Shown: positions 40,410-51,839 of the stretch, piece after piece
How positions within the stretch are numbered: the first letter of the stretch is position 1
How the letters are laid out: the number at the start of each line of letters is the position of its first letter
NCBI GenBank assembly: GCA_965216785.1
Contig: OZ244197.1
Location: 544,001 to 608,000 of the forward strand
Length of the DNA stretch: 64,000 nucleotides
Direction of reading: 5' to 3'
Source of the DNA: Thermodesulfobacteriota bacterium
GTDB lineage: Bacteria > Desulfobacterota_D > UBA1144 > Nemesobacterales > UBA2774
Translations under genes and position numbers: made by a program
The notes under the pieces: model-generated
Database searches by the model: none
What the model was told of the DNA's origin: nothing
Seen by the model: the letters and a program-made list of their open reading frames with translations, nothing else

Positions 40410-40937
40410 ATGAAACAGGTTTTAACATTAGAAGAAGCTGCACAGTATCTTAAAATCGCTAAACCGACTCTTTACCGTTTGCTTGAAGACGGCAAAATCC
40501 CAGCGTTTAAAGTAGGAAACCAGTGGAGATTTACAAGGGAGCTTATAGATAAATGGCTTTGGGACCAGCTGCCGAAGAAAAAGAATATTCTGGTCGTAGA
40601 TGACGACAACTTAATATGTATGGATTTAAAGAAAATAATAACTTCTGACGGCCATGATGTCGTAACCACAAAAAGCGGTGAAGAAGCAAGCAACCTGATT
40701 GATGATTCAAATTTCCACCTTGTATTTTTGGATTTGATGCTGCCTGATATGGACGGCTTAGAGGTGCTTAAAAGAATAAAGGAATATAAAAGCAATTTGC
40801 CCGTCGTTATTATAACCGGGTACCCTGATAGTGAATTGATGAACCAGGCCCTTGAGCTTGGACCTATCTCTGTGCTTAAAAAACCGTTTAGCCGAAAACA
40901 GATTCAGAGTTTACTTAAGGTATTAAGCACTCCGTAA
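40410..40937 (+). CDS. Excisionase-type HTH + receiver domain regulator
   Basis: LTLEEAAQYLKI...LY.....GKIPAFKVG.QWRF plus ILVVDD..FLDLMLPDMDG..KPF; start at ATG 40410 after AAGGAG. Confidence 0.85.
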   Translation: MKQVLTLEEAAQYLKIAKPTLYRLLEDGKIPAFKVGNQWRFTRELIDKWLWDQLPKKKNILVVDDDNLICMDLKKIITSDGHDVVTTKSGEEASNLIDDSNFHLVFLDLMLPDMDGLEVLKRIKEYKSNLPVVIITGYPDSELMNQALELGPISVLKKPFSRKQIQSLLKVLSTP

Positions 40938-41021
40938 CCGGATGTAGCCGAAGTATATCACAGATAATAATATGATATAATATGCTGTCCCTTTATGAAA
41001 TAACTATAGAAGATAATTTAC

Positions 41022-41399
41022 GTGGCAACCATAATAATCGCTGAAGATGAAAAGATTGTAGCCAAAGACATAGAGAATAAACTAAAAAAGTCAGGCTATG
41101 AGATTCTGGGCGTAGTATCAACAGGAAAAGAGCTTCTGAATATAGTGTCGGAGTCAGCGCCTGACCTTGTGCTTATGGATATTAAGCTCGATGGGGAAAT
41201 GGACGGGATTGAGACTGCAACGAAGCTTAGGGATGGATATGATGTGCCTGTCGTTTATCTTACAGCATATGCTGACAAGCTGACACGAACACGTATTAAT
41301 AAGACCGAGCCGGGCGGTTATGTGCTTAAGCCCTTCAAACTGACCGAGTTAAGAGAGAGTATAGAGATTGCTCTTGGGAATAGCCCGACACAACAATAG
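41022..41399 (+). CDS. Single-domain response regulator
   Basis: IAEDE, LMDI.L.G.MDG, LTAY, KPF; GTG start. Confidence 0.88.
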   Translation: MATIIIAEDEKIVAKDIENKLKKSGYEILGVVSTGKELLNIVSESAPDLVLMDIKLDGEMDGIETATKLRDGYDVPVVYLTAYADKLTRTRINKTEPGGYVLKPFKLTELRESIEIALGNSPTQQ

Positions 41400-41480
41400 A
41401 ATATCACTCGTAAATCGTATACTCTTTTATAACAAACCCATCTTTATTCTGCAAACAACAAATTTGGGAGGTACACAGCC

Positions 41481-42956
41481 CTGGGAAGCGATATAAGAAA
41501 ATACGGCCTATTTATAGATGGTAAAGAACAAGATTCTTTATCAGGTAAAACTTACATAAGAGAAAACCCTGCAACTGAGGAGCCGTTTGCCGAGGTTGCC
41601 GAAGCAGGAGTAAAAGATGTGGATATGGCTGTTGGAGCCGCCCAGCGCGCATTTGAAAAATGGTCGAGAACTCCTGCGTCTGAGAGAATCGGCTACTTAC
41701 GGTCAATCGCAGATGTGCTGAATAAAAACAGAGAAAGTATAGCGCTTACCAACACGCTAGAGACGGGAAAACCGATACGGGAGAGCAGGCTTGTGGAAGT
41801 GGGAGGAGCCATAAAGACTATAGAGTACTACGCTAGCATAGCCGGAAATTTGAGCGGCGAGAGTATGTCGATTTCCGAAAGTCAACTGACTGTAACGCTT
41901 TTAGAACCAATCGGTGTAGTTGGTCATATAATCCCCTGGAATTTCCCTCTTCTTTTATCTTTTTGGAAGATAGCCCCGGCGTTGGCCGCTGGATGTACGA
42001 TTGTGCTGAAACCCGCGGAGCATACACCGTGCGCTATATTAGAAGTGGCGAAACTTGCCTCAGAAGCCGGGCTGCCAGATGGAGTGCTAAACATCATTCC
42101 AGGGCTTGGGGAAGTGTCGGGGCAGGCGCTGGTGGAGCATCCCGGTGTAGGTAAAGTAGCCTTCACGGGCTCAACAGAGGTAGGAAAAATTGTTATGAAA
42201 ACAGCAGCTCAGGAGATAAAGAGGGTCTCTCTAGAGCTAGGCGGCAAGGCGCCCTGTATTGTATATGATGACGCAGATATAGAAAACGCTATAGAAGCTA
42301 CGCTCAGAGGCGGGTTTTTCAACCAGGGAGAGAACTGTACCGCAGTAACGCGGCTCTTGCTGCATGAGGATATATATGACAAATTCCTACCCCCGTTTAT
42401 AGACAGGGTGAAGAAGATCAGGATCGGAGACCCTACGCTTGACGATACGGAGCTTGGCTCGGTTATATCAAAAGAACATTTTCAAAACGTATCATCATAC
42501 TTTGACAAAGGCGTGAAAGAGGGTGCGGAAGTCCTTCACGGCGGCGGACGCCCCGAGGAGCTAAAGAAGGGATACTTCTTTGAACCCACAGTACTGGCGG
42601 ATGTGTCCCCAAAAGCAACTGTGGCATGTGAGGAAATATTCGGGCCGATTGTAGCCGTGATCCCGTTTAAAACTGACGAAGAAGCCATTAGCATTGCAAA
42701 TGATACGGTATATGGGCTTGCCGGGGGGATATGGACTGAGAATTTAAAAAGAGCGCTCAATACAGCTAAGGCTGTTAAAGCAGGCTACCTTTGGGTCAAC
42801 ACATACGGGGGAATTATCCCCGAGACCCCTTACGGCGGATTTAAGCAGAGCGGAATTGGGAAAGAGCTCGGCTCAGACGGACTCGATATGTATCTTGAGA
42901 AGAAGACAGTGAATATTTTTACAGGGGATAAAATACCGAGCTGGTATGCGGGTTGA
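41481..42956 (+). CDS. NAD(P)-dependent aldehyde dehydrogenase (probable CTG start)
   Basis: PWNFP, FTGSTEVG, LELGGK, NQGENC, EEIFGP; the conserved N-terminal LFIDG..NPAT lies upstream of the ORF-track start (41619). Confidence 0.9.
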   Translation: MGSDIRKYGLFIDGKEQDSLSGKTYIRENPATEEPFAEVAEAGVKDVDMAVGAAQRAFEKWSRTPASERIGYLRSIADVLNKNRESIALTNTLETGKPIRESRLVEVGGAIKTIEYYASIAGNLSGESMSISESQLTVTLLEPIGVVGHIIPWNFPLLLSFWKIAPALAAGCTIVLKPAEHTPCAILEVAKLASEAGLPDGVLNIIPGLGEVSGQALVEHPGVGKVAFTGSTEVGKIVMKTAAQEIKRVSLELGGKAPCIVYDDADIENAIEATLRGGFFNQGENCTAVTRLLLHEDIYDKFLPPFIDRVKKIRIGDPTLDDTELGSVISKEHFQNVSSYFDKGVKEGAEVLHGGGRPEELKKGYFFEPTVLADVSPKATVACEEIFGPIVAVIPFKTDEEAISIANDTVYGLAGGIWTENLKRALNTAKAVKAGYLWVNTYGGIIPETPYGGFKQSGIGKELGSDGLDMYLEKKTVNIFTGDKIPSWYAG

Positions 42957-42958
42957 AG

Positions 42959-44443
42959 TTAGGGTAAATCCGTTGTACCCATAAGGTAACGGTCGCATTC
43001 CCTCGCGGCTTCTCTTCCTTCGTTAATTGCCCATACAACAAGGCTCTGACCACGGCGTGCATCGCCTGCGGCGAATACGCCTTCTATGTTTGTTACATAT
43101 TTCCCGTACTCGGCCTTCGCGTTCGAGCGCTCATCTAGCTCAACGCCCATCTGCTCGAGCAAGGGCGCTTCTGGACCCAGAAATCCCATAGCAAGAAGCA
43201 CTAGTTGTGTATCCCAGACCTTTTCCGTCCCGGGAACCTCTTTGAAAAACGGCCGGCCGTTATCACCGGTGCTCCACTCGATTTCCACTGTGTGGAGCTC
43301 TTGTACATTTCCGGCATCGTCACCCTCAAACTTTGTAGTAAGCACCTGATAGCACCTGGGGTCCTCGCCAAACACCGACATCGCCTCTTCCTGACCGTAG
43401 CTGAGAGTGTATATCTTGGGCCACTGAGGCCAGGGGTTATCGGGCGCGCGCTCTTCGGGTGGCATGGGAAGTATCTCGAATTGAAGGAGGCTCCTGCACC
43501 CGTGGCGGATGGAAGTAGCGACGCAGTCTGTACCGGTATCACCTCCACCGAGCACTATGACGTCTTTGTCTTTTGCCGATATATAGTTTCCGTCCTGGAG
43601 ATTACTATTGAGTAAGCTTTTGGTGTTTAATGTGAGAAATTCCATGGCGAAATGAATACCGTTTAGATCCCTTCCTTCCACAGGGAGGTCGCGCGGTCTG
43701 GTGGAGCCTGTACAGATTACAATAGCATCAAAGTCGGCTTTCAAATCTTCGGGGGCGTAGTCTTTTCCGATTTCGGTATTTGTTACAAATTTGACCCCCT
43801 CTTCGGCCAAGAGATTTACCCTTCTGTCGACTACAGCTTTATCCAGATGGGGGTTCGGTATACCGTACATAAGAAGTCCGCCGATCCTGTCTTCCCTCTC
43901 AAAAACTGTTACTGTGTGGCCTGCTTTATTGAGCTGAGCGGCGCAGGAAAGCCCCGCAGGGCCTGAACCTACTACTGCCACGGTCTTACCCGTTCTTGAT
44001 TGGGGAGGCTCCGGCACTATCCAGCCTTTTTCAAATCCCTTGTCTACTATGGCGCACTCGATGGTTTTAATCGTAACCGCGGGCTCGTTTATTCCGAGCA
44101 CGCAAGATCCTTCGCATGGTGCTGGACAAACCCTTCCGGTGAATTCAGGAAAGTTATTGGTCTTATGGAGTCTCTCGAGCGCCTCTTTCCAAAGCCCTTT
44201 GTAAATGAGATCGTTCCATTCGGGAATAAGGTTATTTATGGGACAGCCGACAGCAAGACCCTCGAGCTCGGTACCGCTCTGGCAAAAAGGTATGCCGCAG
44301 TCCATACACCTTGAGCCCTGTACTTTTAGCTTATTCTCGGGAAGATGCTGATGGAACTCTTTCCAGTCCTTTATGCGCTCCTCCGGAGTGCGGTCGGGCT
44401 CGAGCTCTCTATTATGTTCCATAAATCCTGTGGGGTCACCCAT
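42959..44443 (-). CDS. gltD: Glutamate synthase small subunit
   Basis: [54 protein letters not shown]. Confidence 0.96.
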   Translation of the reverse strand: MGDPTGFMEHNRELEPDRTPEERIKDWKEFHQHLPENKLKVQGSRCMDCGIPFCQSGTELEGLAVGCPINNLIPEWNDLIYKGLWKEALERLHKTNNFPEFTGRVCPAPCEGSCVLGINEPAVTIKTIECAIVDKGFEKGWIVPEPPQSRTGKTVAVVGSGPAGLSCAAQLNKAGHTVTVFEREDRIGGLLMYGIPNPHLDKAVVDRRVNLLAEEGVKFVTNTEIGKDYAPEDLKADFDAIVICTGSTRPRDLPVEGRDLNGIHFAMEFLTLNTKSLLNSNLQDGNYISAKDKDVIVLGGGDTGTDCVATSIRHGCRSLLQFEILPMPPEERAPDNPWPQWPKIYTLSYGQEEAMSVFGEDPRCYQVLTTKFEGDDAGNVQELHTVEIEWSTGDNGRPFFKEVPGTEKVWDTQLVLLAMGFLGPEAPLLEQMGVELDERSNAKAEYGKYVTNIEGVFAAGDARRGQSLVVWAINEGREAARECDRYLMGTTDLP

Positions 44444-44517
44444 TAATATTCCTCCAGATGCCGATCAAGCCTGTATTGTTCTTTGAACTAGACTACAAGG
44501 CAGGTCGAGTCAGCTTA

Positions 44518-47500
44518 TCAGTTTCCGCTGACCCGCGCAAGGTCGCTCTTATTTTTCTCAAAGGCCGCCATAAGCGCTTCTTCGCCGCTGAGGCCAGATT
44601 CCTCTACGTGTTCTATAGCTTCAAGCATTCTCTTGTAGTCTTTAGGCATAACTTTCACAAATTTATTCTGTAGGCTGCTAAGATGGGAGAGAATGTCTTT
44701 CGCTCTTTCACTATTTGTGTATTCGATATGTCGTTTTATCATATCCCTAATCTCGTCCAAATCTGTATCCAGAACCGGGTCGAGATCGACCATGCTCTGG
44801 TTGCAAAGTATTGGGAAATCGCCTTTTTCGTCCAGCACGTACGCTATACCGCCTGACATGCCCGCAGCGAAGTTCCGGCCAACAGGACCGAGCACTACGA
44901 CACGCCCGCCTGTCATATATTCACAGCCGTGGTCACCGACGCCTTCTACAACAGCACGCACTCCGCTGTTTCTGACGCAGAAGCGCTCACCCGCCAGACC
45001 GCGTATATAGGCTTCGCCCCCTGTGGCGCCGTAAAAAGCCACGTTTCCTATAATGACATTCTCCTCCGGCACAAAGCTCGAGCCTTTTGGCGGATAGACG
45101 ATGATCTTCCCTCCGGAAAGCCCCTTTCCTATATAGTCGTTAGAGTCGCCCTCAAGAATGAGGGTCATAAACCCGGGCACAAACGCCCCGAAGCTCTGTC
45201 CGGCGGAGCCGTTGAAGTGAAGACGAACGGTATCTTCAGGGAGACCCTCCCTGCCGTAGCGCCTTGTAAGCTCGCTCCCAAGTATCGTACCGGTGGTGCG
45301 GTTAACGTTTCTGATGGGGATAATAGCCTCTACTGGCTCGCCGTTTTCAAGGGTAGGTTTGCATATATCGAGTAATACTGTGTTATCGAGAGCTTCCTCA
45401 AGCCCGTGGTCCTGCTTGATTTGAGCGTAACGGCCCCAATCGGCCGGTACATCGGGCTGATAGAGAATATCGCTTAAATCCACACCCTTAGCCTTCCAAT
45501 GATCTATTACGCCTCTCATTTCAAGCTTGTCAGAGCGGCCTATCATCTCGTCTATGGTCCTGAAGCCGAGCTCTGCCATGATCTCCCGGGCTTCCTGCGC
45601 GATAAAGTTCATGAAATTGACTACGTGGGCCGGGTCGCCCGAGAATTTTTTACGCAGCTCGGGGTTTTGCGTGGCAACCCCTACGGGGCAGGTGTCGAGA
45701 TGGCATACGCGCATCATAATGCAGCCCAGTACAATAAGGGGAGCCGTGGAGAATCCAAACTCCTCTGCTCCAAGAAGAGCCGCTATTACGACGTCCCTTC
45801 CGGTTTTCATCTGCCCGTCGGTCTCCAAAACGACCCGGCTTCTGAGGTTGTTTGTCAGAAGAGTTTGATGGGTCTCGGCAAGACCAAGCTCCCATGGGAG
45901 GCCTGCGTGCTGAATGCTGCTCTGAGGCGAAGCCCCCGTGCCACCGTCATAACCGCTTATGAGAATGACGTCCGCATGCCCCTTTGCTACACCTGCAGCT
46001 ATAGTGCCTACCCCTACTTCAGAGACTAGTTTTACGTTAATCCTGGCCTTGTGGTTCGCGTTTTTTAAATCGTGTATAAGCTCTGCAAGGTCTTCAATCG
46101 AATATATATCGTGGTGAGGAGGCGGGGATATGAGTCCTACTCCCGGTGTGGAGAGCCTTACCTTGGCAATCCAGGGATATACCTTCTTACCCGGAAGCTG
46201 TCCGCCTTCACCAGGCTTTGCGCCCTGGGCGATTTTTATCTGAATCTCCTCTGAATTGACGAGATAATCGTTTGTTACTCCGAAGCGTCCGGACGCTACC
46301 TGTTTGATGGAGCTTCGCCTTAAATCACCGTTTTCATCGGGTATATTGCGCGCGGTGTCTTCTCCCCCTTCGCCCGTGTTACTCTTGCCGCCGATCCTGT
46401 TCATGGCTATAGCGAGGCTCTCGTGAGCTTCTTTGCTTATAGCGCCGTAAGACATTGCCCCTGTCTTGAAACGGGCGCAGATGGATTCGACCGACTCTAC
46501 TTCTTCTAACGGAACGGGTTTGGGCTCTGACTTAATATCCAAAAGGCCCCGCAGCGTACAGAGAGTTTTTGACTCATCATTTACAAGCGCGGTGAACTTT
46601 TTGAACTCTTCGTAATTACCCGAGCGACAGGCGCGCTGGAGCATATGGACAGATTTTGGGTTAAAGGCGTGATGCTCACCCCCGGGGCGCCACTGGTACA
46701 TGCCGCCCTCTTCGAGCGTGTCCGTGACGACTTCTCTCTCGGGATAAGCAGTCTCGTGCCTTAGTCTGACTTCCTCTGTAATTACCTCAATTCCGGCCCC
46801 TTTGATCCTAGTAGGAGTCCAAGTGAAATATTTATCGATAAATTCGTGGTTAAGCCCAATTGCTTCAAATATCTGGGCTCCGTGGTAGCTCTGCACAGCG
46901 GAGATACCGATCTTTGACATTGTTTTCACGACGCCCTTTACGACGCTCTTATTGTAGTTAGCAACAGCGGTTTCATAATCTATGTCCGCAAGCAAGTTCT
47001 CACTGATCATATCGGAGAGAGTCTCGTAGACTAGATAGGGGTTGACGGCGCTTATTCCATATCCGATCAGAAGAGAAAAGTGATGCGTCTCCCTGGGCTC
47101 ACCCGATTCTAATACCAACCCGACTTTCATCCTGTTACCGTTTCTTATGAGGTGATGGTGCAGACCGGCAGAGGCCAAAAGCGCGGGGATAGGCGTTTTA
47201 TCGGGCCCGAAGCCTCTATCTGAGAGAATGAGTATATTAGCACCCTCTGAAATTGCTCTGTCAGCCTCTGAGAAAAGATTATCGAGAGCCTTCTCAAGCC
47301 CTCGGCTTCCCTCATTGATGTTAAATAAAATGTCTAGTACTGCCGATTTGAAATCACCGCTTCGAAGCTCTTTTATCTTGGAAATCTCGGAGTTTCCGAG
47401 TACCGGGGTCGGGATCCATATCTTACGGCAGTTCTCGGGACCCGGGTTTAAAATATTGCGGTCCGGGCCTAGAGTCATTTCAGTCGCAGTAATAAGCTCT

Positions 47501-49122
47501 TCGCGTATAGCGTCGATGGCCGGGTTTGTGACCTGCGCGAATAGCTGTTTGAAGTACTCATACAAGAGCCTTGGCTTGCTGGAGAGAATGGCTACAGGTG
47601 TGTCCTTACCCATTGAGCCAAGAGGCTCTACGGCACTTCCCGCCATTGGACCTATAATTACCCTCAAATCTTCATAGGAATAGCCAAAGGCCCTCTGCCT
47701 TGTGAGAACCGCATCATGGTCATTTTCGGCACTTTGAGATTCTTTATCCGGACTCTCCATATCATGCAGAGAAACCAAGTTGTCATTTAGCCAGTCCCTG
47801 TAGGGATTTTCCGCAGCGAGACTGCTCTTAAGCTCCTCGTCCTCGACTATGCGTCCCTGTACAGTGTCGATTAAGAACATTCTGCCCGGCTGGAGCCTTC
47901 CTTTCTTGAGCACCATGTCGGCTGGTACCTCTAGTACGCCGACCTCAGAGCCCATGATAACCATATCGTCCTTGGTCACGTAATAGCGTGATGGGCGGAG
48001 TCCGTTTCTGTCCAGCACAGCTCCTACCTTGGAGCCGTCAGTAAAGGCGATTGAAGCCGGACCGTCCCAGGGCTCCATGAGACAGCTGTGATATTCGTAA
48101 AAAGCCCTTCTATCCTCGCTCATGGTCTCGTGGTTAGACCAGGGCTCGGGGATCATCATCATTACCGAGTGCTCTATGGGTCTTCCGGCAAGTGTGAGAA
48201 ACTCAACACAGTTATCGAAGTTTGCCGAGTCGCTTCCCTCAGCGGCAATGATGGGGAAAGTCTTGTTGAGGTCCTCCCCGAAAAGATCGGAGGACAGCAC
48301 GGCCTGGCGGGCGTGCATCCAGTTAATATTGCCTCTTAGCGTATTTATCTCACCGTTATGAATTATGTAGCGGCAGGGTTGAGAGCGGTCCCAGCTGGGG
48401 AAAGTATTGGTGCTGAAGCGGGAATGCACCAGAGCTATGGCCGACTGAATATCGGTATCGTTCAGGTCTGGGTAGTACTCATCCAGCTGCCAAGTAGTGA
48501 GCATACCTTTATATACAATTGTAAGGTGTGAGAGACTTAGGACATAAAAGTACTCACCGCCTTTCATACCCGAGAACCTGATCTCATTTTCGGCTCTTTT
48601 TTTTATGACATACAGCTTGCGCTCAAAATCCAAATTGTCAGTTAGCTCCGGGTTACGAGCGATAAACACCTGCTTTACGATAGGCTCGGACTTCTTGGCC
48701 ATATCCCCTAAAGATGAGTTATCGGTAGGAACCTCACGCCAGCCTAAGATAGTTTGTCCTTCTTCCAGTGCTATCCTCTCAAAAGTTTCCACAGATGCTC
48801 TCATGTCATCTGCGTCAGGGGAGAGAAATAACATTCCCACCCCGTATTCACGTGGAGATGGAAGCTCGAATCCCTGTGCGCCGCAAGCCTTTTGTAAAAA
48901 AGCGTGGGGAATCTGCATTAATATGCCTGCCCCGTCCCCTGTATTTTCCTCGCAGCCGCACGCGCCTCTGTGCTGTAGGTTCATAAGGACTGTAATGGCG
49001 TTTCGGACAATCTGGTGTGATTTTTTTCCCTTAATATTAACAACGAATCCTATACCGCAGGAATCGTGCTCAAATTGAGGGTCGTATAGACCCTGTTTAG
49101 GTGGAAATCCAACTGGCTTCAT
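44518..49122 (-). CDS. gltB: Glutamate synthase large subunit
   Basis: [10 protein letters not shown]-terminal Cys, [37 protein letters not shown]. Confidence 0.98.
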   Translation of the reverse strand: MKPVGFPPKQGLYDPQFEHDSCGIGFVVNIKGKKSHQIVRNAITVLMNLQHRGACGCEENTGDGAGILMQIPHAFLQKACGAQGFELPSPREYGVGMLFLSPDADDMRASVETFERIALEEGQTILGWREVPTDNSSLGDMAKKSEPIVKQVFIARNPELTDNLDFERKLYVIKKRAENEIRFSGMKGGEYFYVLSLSHLTIVYKGMLTTWQLDEYYPDLNDTDIQSAIALVHSRFSTNTFPSWDRSQPCRYIIHNGEINTLRGNINWMHARQAVLSSDLFGEDLNKTFPIIAAEGSDSANFDNCVEFLTLAGRPIEHSVMMMIPEPWSNHETMSEDRRAFYEYHSCLMEPWDGPASIAFTDGSKVGAVLDRNGLRPSRYYVTKDDMVIMGSEVGVLEVPADMVLKKGRLQPGRMFLIDTVQGRIVEDEELKSSLAAENPYRDWLNDNLVSLHDMESPDKESQSAENDHDAVLTRQRAFGYSYEDLRVIIGPMAGSAVEPLGSMGKDTPVAILSSKPRLLYEYFKQLFAQVTNPAIDAIREELITATEMTLGPDRNILNPGPENCRKIWIPTPVLGNSEISKIKELRSGDFKSAVLDILFNINEGSRGLEKALDNLFSEADRAISEGANILILSDRGFGPDKTPIPALLASAGLHHHLIRNGNRMKVGLVLESGEPRETHHFSLLIGYGISAVNPYLVYETLSDMISENLLADIDYETAVANYNKSVVKGVVKTMSKIGISAVQSYHGAQIFEAIGLNHEFIDKYFTWTPTRIKGAGIEVITEEVRLRHETAYPEREVVTDTLEEGGMYQWRPGGEHHAFNPKSVHMLQRACRSGNYEEFKKFTALVNDESKTLCTLRGLLDIKSEPKPVPLEEVESVESICARFKTGAMSYGAISKEAHESLAIAMNRIGGKSNTGEGGEDTARNIPDENGDLRRSSIKQVASGRFGVTNDYLVNSEEIQIKIAQGAKPGEGGQLPGKKVYPWIAKVRLSTPGVGLISPPPHHDIYSIEDLAELIHDLKNANHKARINVKLVSEVGVGTIAAGVAKGHADVILISGYDGGTGASPQSSIQHAGLPWELGLAETHQTLLTNNLRSRVVLETDGQMKTGRDVVIAALLGAEEFGFSTAPLIVLGCIMMRVCHLDTCPVGVATQNPELRKKFSGDPAHVVNFMNFIAQEAREIMAELGFRTIDEMIGRSDKLEMRGVIDHWKAKGVDLSDILYQPDVPADWGRYAQIKQDHGLEEALDNTVLLDICKPTLENGEPVEAIIPIRNVNRTTGTILGSELTRRYGREGLPEDTVRLHFNGSAGQSFGAFVPGFMTLILEGDSNDYIGKGLSGGKIIVYPPKGSSFVPEENVIIGNVAFYGATGGEAYIRGLAGERFCVRNSGVRAVVEGVGDHGCEYMTGGRVVVLGPVGRNFAAGMSGGIAYVLDEKGDFPILCNQSMVDLDPVLDTDLDEIRDMIKRHIEYTNSERAKDILSHLSSLQNKFVKVMPKDYKRMLEAIEHVEESGLSGEEALMAAFEKNKSDLARVSGN

Positions 49123-49312
49123 ACAAATACCATCCTAAAAAGTTCAAATTTAAATGTTTGTTGTTTGATAAAAGGATTGACTTTCAGTTACAGCCGATTA
49201 ACCCAGTATTACTTTAAGATGAAACAGGGTACAAGTCAACACGGACTACATACTATGCCAACCCGGTGACTATTATACCATGAATAAAGGGAATACGCAT
49301 ACAGGGCCAAAC

Positions 49313-51049
49313 TCAGCCTCTGTAGAGGTTAGTGATGGGGAAGCGTCGGTCCTTGCCGAAAGCGCGCGCGGTGATTTTTATTCCCGGAGGGCCCTGCCGC
49401 CTTTTATACTCGTTCTGATCGACCATACTTATGACTCTTTTAACAAGTTTTTCATTAAATCCCAGCGAGATGATCTCTGCAGCGCTTAGGTCGTCTTCTA
49501 CATATGCCTTGAGTATGGGGTCAAGAACGTCATAAGGAGGAAGAGAATCGGTATCCAGCTGATCCGGCCTGAGCTCCGCTGAAGGGGGCTTAGTGAGAAT
49601 GGACACAGGGATGATTTCCCTGCCTTTGTACTCATTAATGAACCAGGAGAGTCTGAAAACCATGGTTTTAGGAACATCTTTAATGACCGCGAAGCCGCCC
49701 GCCATATCACCGTAAATAGTGCAGTAACCAACGCTCATCTCGCTCTTGTTTCCGGTTGCAAGAACTAACCATCCGAATTTGTTGGAAGCCGCCATGAGAA
49801 TATTGCCACGAATCCTGGCCTGGATATTCTCTTCGGTTATATCCTCTTTTGTGCCTGTAAAGGTCTTGGAAAGCATGCTTATATATGAATTGTAAGCCTT
49901 TGCTATGGGTATCTTTACAAGCTCTATCCCAAGGTTTGCCGATAGCTTCTCGGAATCCGTTACGCTGCCCTTGGAGCTGAATTTTGAGGGCATTGAGATG
50001 CCCACGACATTTTGTTTACCCAAGGCTTCTACAGCTACTGCGGCTACCAAGGCCGAGTCTATGCCGCCGCTTAATCCGATTACGACTTTCTTGAAACCGT
50101 TTTTAGATACATAGTCCCTGGTGCCCAGTATAAGGGCTTTTAAGATTTCCTCTTCCTTACCGTAAAATTCCCTCACTTCGGATTTTACCGCAGGTTTTTT
50201 GCGGCGCGCCTGTTTTATATCTTTAATCCTGATAACCTCCACGCGCTTTTTATCGGATTTACTATGTTTTTTAATCTTCAGGTCCTGCTTGCGGGAGCGA
50301 AGAACGCTTTTGATATTTATATCCGTAACCACAAGCTCCTCTTTAAAGCCGCCCGCCCTGGCCAGTATATCCCCGCGCTCTCCCACGACAACACTGTGAC
50401 CGTCAAAGACAAGCTCGTCCTGGCCGCCTACTAGGTTGCAGAATGCAACGACAGTTGAGTAGGTTTTGGCTCTTTTTACCAGCATCTGCTCACGAGAGGC
50501 TACTTTTGAGGAGTAGTAGGGGGAGGATGAAATATTTATGATAACCTGCGCGTCACCGGCAATTGACTGCTTTCTCGTTGGGTCGCCCGGATACCATATA
50601 TCCTCGCAGATATTTACACCGAATGTAAACTTACCGAGCTTATATACGGGGACCCTTCGCCCGGACTCAAAATACCTCTCCTCATCGAACACCCCGTAGT
50701 TTGGAAGATAGTGCTTACGGTATACGTCTACAAGCTCATTATCGTGGAGTATGGCGGCTGAATTGTATAAATCGTTTTCCCGCTCCGGATAACCGATTAC
50801 CACGGTAATCCCGCCTGTAGCCTTTCTTACCTCGTCAACTGCGTGAACGCTGTCCTCGATGAATTTGGGTTTAAGAAGAAGATCCTCAGGAGGGTAGCCT
50901 GTGATTGTCAGCTCGGGGAACGCAAGGATGTCTACACCCGAATCTTTTGCAGAGCGTATGTAGCTTAATATCTTTTTCAGGTTGCCCCGGATATCTCCGA
51001 CCCTGACATTTATCTGCGCTAAAGCGATTCTTACAGTGTCCATAGCCAT
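49313..51049 (-). CDS. nadE: Glutamine-dependent NAD+ synthetase
   Basis: Nitrilase domain FPEL...GYPPEDL, ICEDIW; SGGIDS, ENIQARIRG, TGNKSE, PPSAELRPDQ.D. Confidence 0.96.
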   Translation of the reverse strand: MAMDTVRIALAQINVRVGDIRGNLKKILSYIRSAKDSGVDILAFPELTITGYPPEDLLLKPKFIEDSVHAVDEVRKATGGITVVIGYPERENDLYNSAAILHDNELVDVYRKHYLPNYGVFDEERYFESGRRVPVYKLGKFTFGVNICEDIWYPGDPTRKQSIAGDAQVIINISSSPYYSSKVASREQMLVKRAKTYSTVVAFCNLVGGQDELVFDGHSVVVGERGDILARAGGFKEELVVTDINIKSVLRSRKQDLKIKKHSKSDKKRVEVIRIKDIKQARRKKPAVKSEVREFYGKEEEILKALILGTRDYVSKNGFKKVVIGLSGGIDSALVAAVAVEALGKQNVVGISMPSKFSSKGSVTDSEKLSANLGIELVKIPIAKAYNSYISMLSKTFTGTKEDITEENIQARIRGNILMAASNKFGWLVLATGNKSEMSVGYCTIYGDMAGGFAVIKDVPKTMVFRLSWFINEYKGREIIPVSILTKPPSAELRPDQLDTDSLPPYDVLDPILKAYVEDDLSAAEIISLGFNEKLVKRVISMVDQNEYKRRQGPPGIKITARAFGKDRRFPITNLYRG

Positions 51050-51167
51050 ATATCGAGTAATTATAATACTCTATGAAATAAAATATCCACAGTCGATTAT
51101 AACGATAGCACCAGAACATATTCCTTTTTATTAAGTGAATACCGCTTTCAGAGAGCAAAAAGAGGAC

Positions 51168-51809
51168 TTACGAAAGACCTATGGCTATGTGCACTACGTT
51201 TGCCAGAAAATGAAAGATGATACTGGCCCAGAGGGTGCCTGTGGCTAAGTATAGATAGCCCATAACCAAGGACGGGAAAAAAGTGAGAACGGCCTGAGAG
51301 CATACCGAAATATTATGACTTCCACCGATACAAAGAGTGATAAAATGCCCGATAGCAAAGAGAAGGCTCACGATAATAACTCCTTTCAAATTGTTCCCGA
51401 GCTTATTCTGAAGATAGCCCCTGAAAAAGACCTCTTCGGGCAGCGCTACCAAAAGGAGCTGTACGAGAATAAAGGTGTAGGAAAGCATGCGAAACGAAAG
51501 AGATCTATTTGTATAATAGCCTATGAGCGCCATGGCACCTGTGTATACGAGGAGCAGGATGACGGATACTATGAGCCCGATTACAATACCTCTTAAGTCC
51601 CACCTGAGTGTTGAAGAGCCACTTCCAGTGAAAATGGGTACGGAGAGCATTAAAAAGGCTGCTATTGAGGTAACATATGGCCAGGGGATAAAAAACTTCA
51701 TAGCGAGAATAGCTATGATGATTAGCACGTATATGGATAACGGGACAAGGTATCTGGACTCGCGTAAACTTGTTATCATAAGGAAATCTCGGAACACATT
51801 TTCAGGCAA
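51168..51809 (-). CDS. CPBP (type II CAAX/Rce1-like) intramembrane glutamic protease, myxosortase-like
   Basis: EEVFFRGYLQ, LFAIGH, TFFPSLVMGYL, HFLAN; start may be ATG 51779. Confidence 0.82.
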   Translation of the reverse strand: MPENVFRDFLMITSLRESRYLVPLSIYVLIIIAILAMKFFIPWPYVTSIAAFLMLSVPIFTGSGSSTLRWDLRGIVIGLIVSVILLLVYTGAMALIGYYTNRSLSFRMLSYTFILVQLLLVALPEEVFFRGYLQNKLGNNLKGVIIVSLLFAIGHFITLCIGGSHNISVCSQAVLTFFPSLVMGYLYLATGTLWASIIFHFLANVVHIAIGLS

Positions 51810-51839
51810 ACCTAAAAATACTTAAGATGCGTATATAGG

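Noticed and set aside
40410-40937. Integrative element suggested by the excisionase-like HTH
   Set aside because: It is fused to a receiver domain, and no integrase, att site or tRNA is visible.
44458-49078. Many 60-180 aa antisense or alternate-frame ORFs over gltB (likewise over polA, nuoL, glnA and others)
   Set aside because: Shadow ORFs of well-conserved genes with no recognisable motifs.
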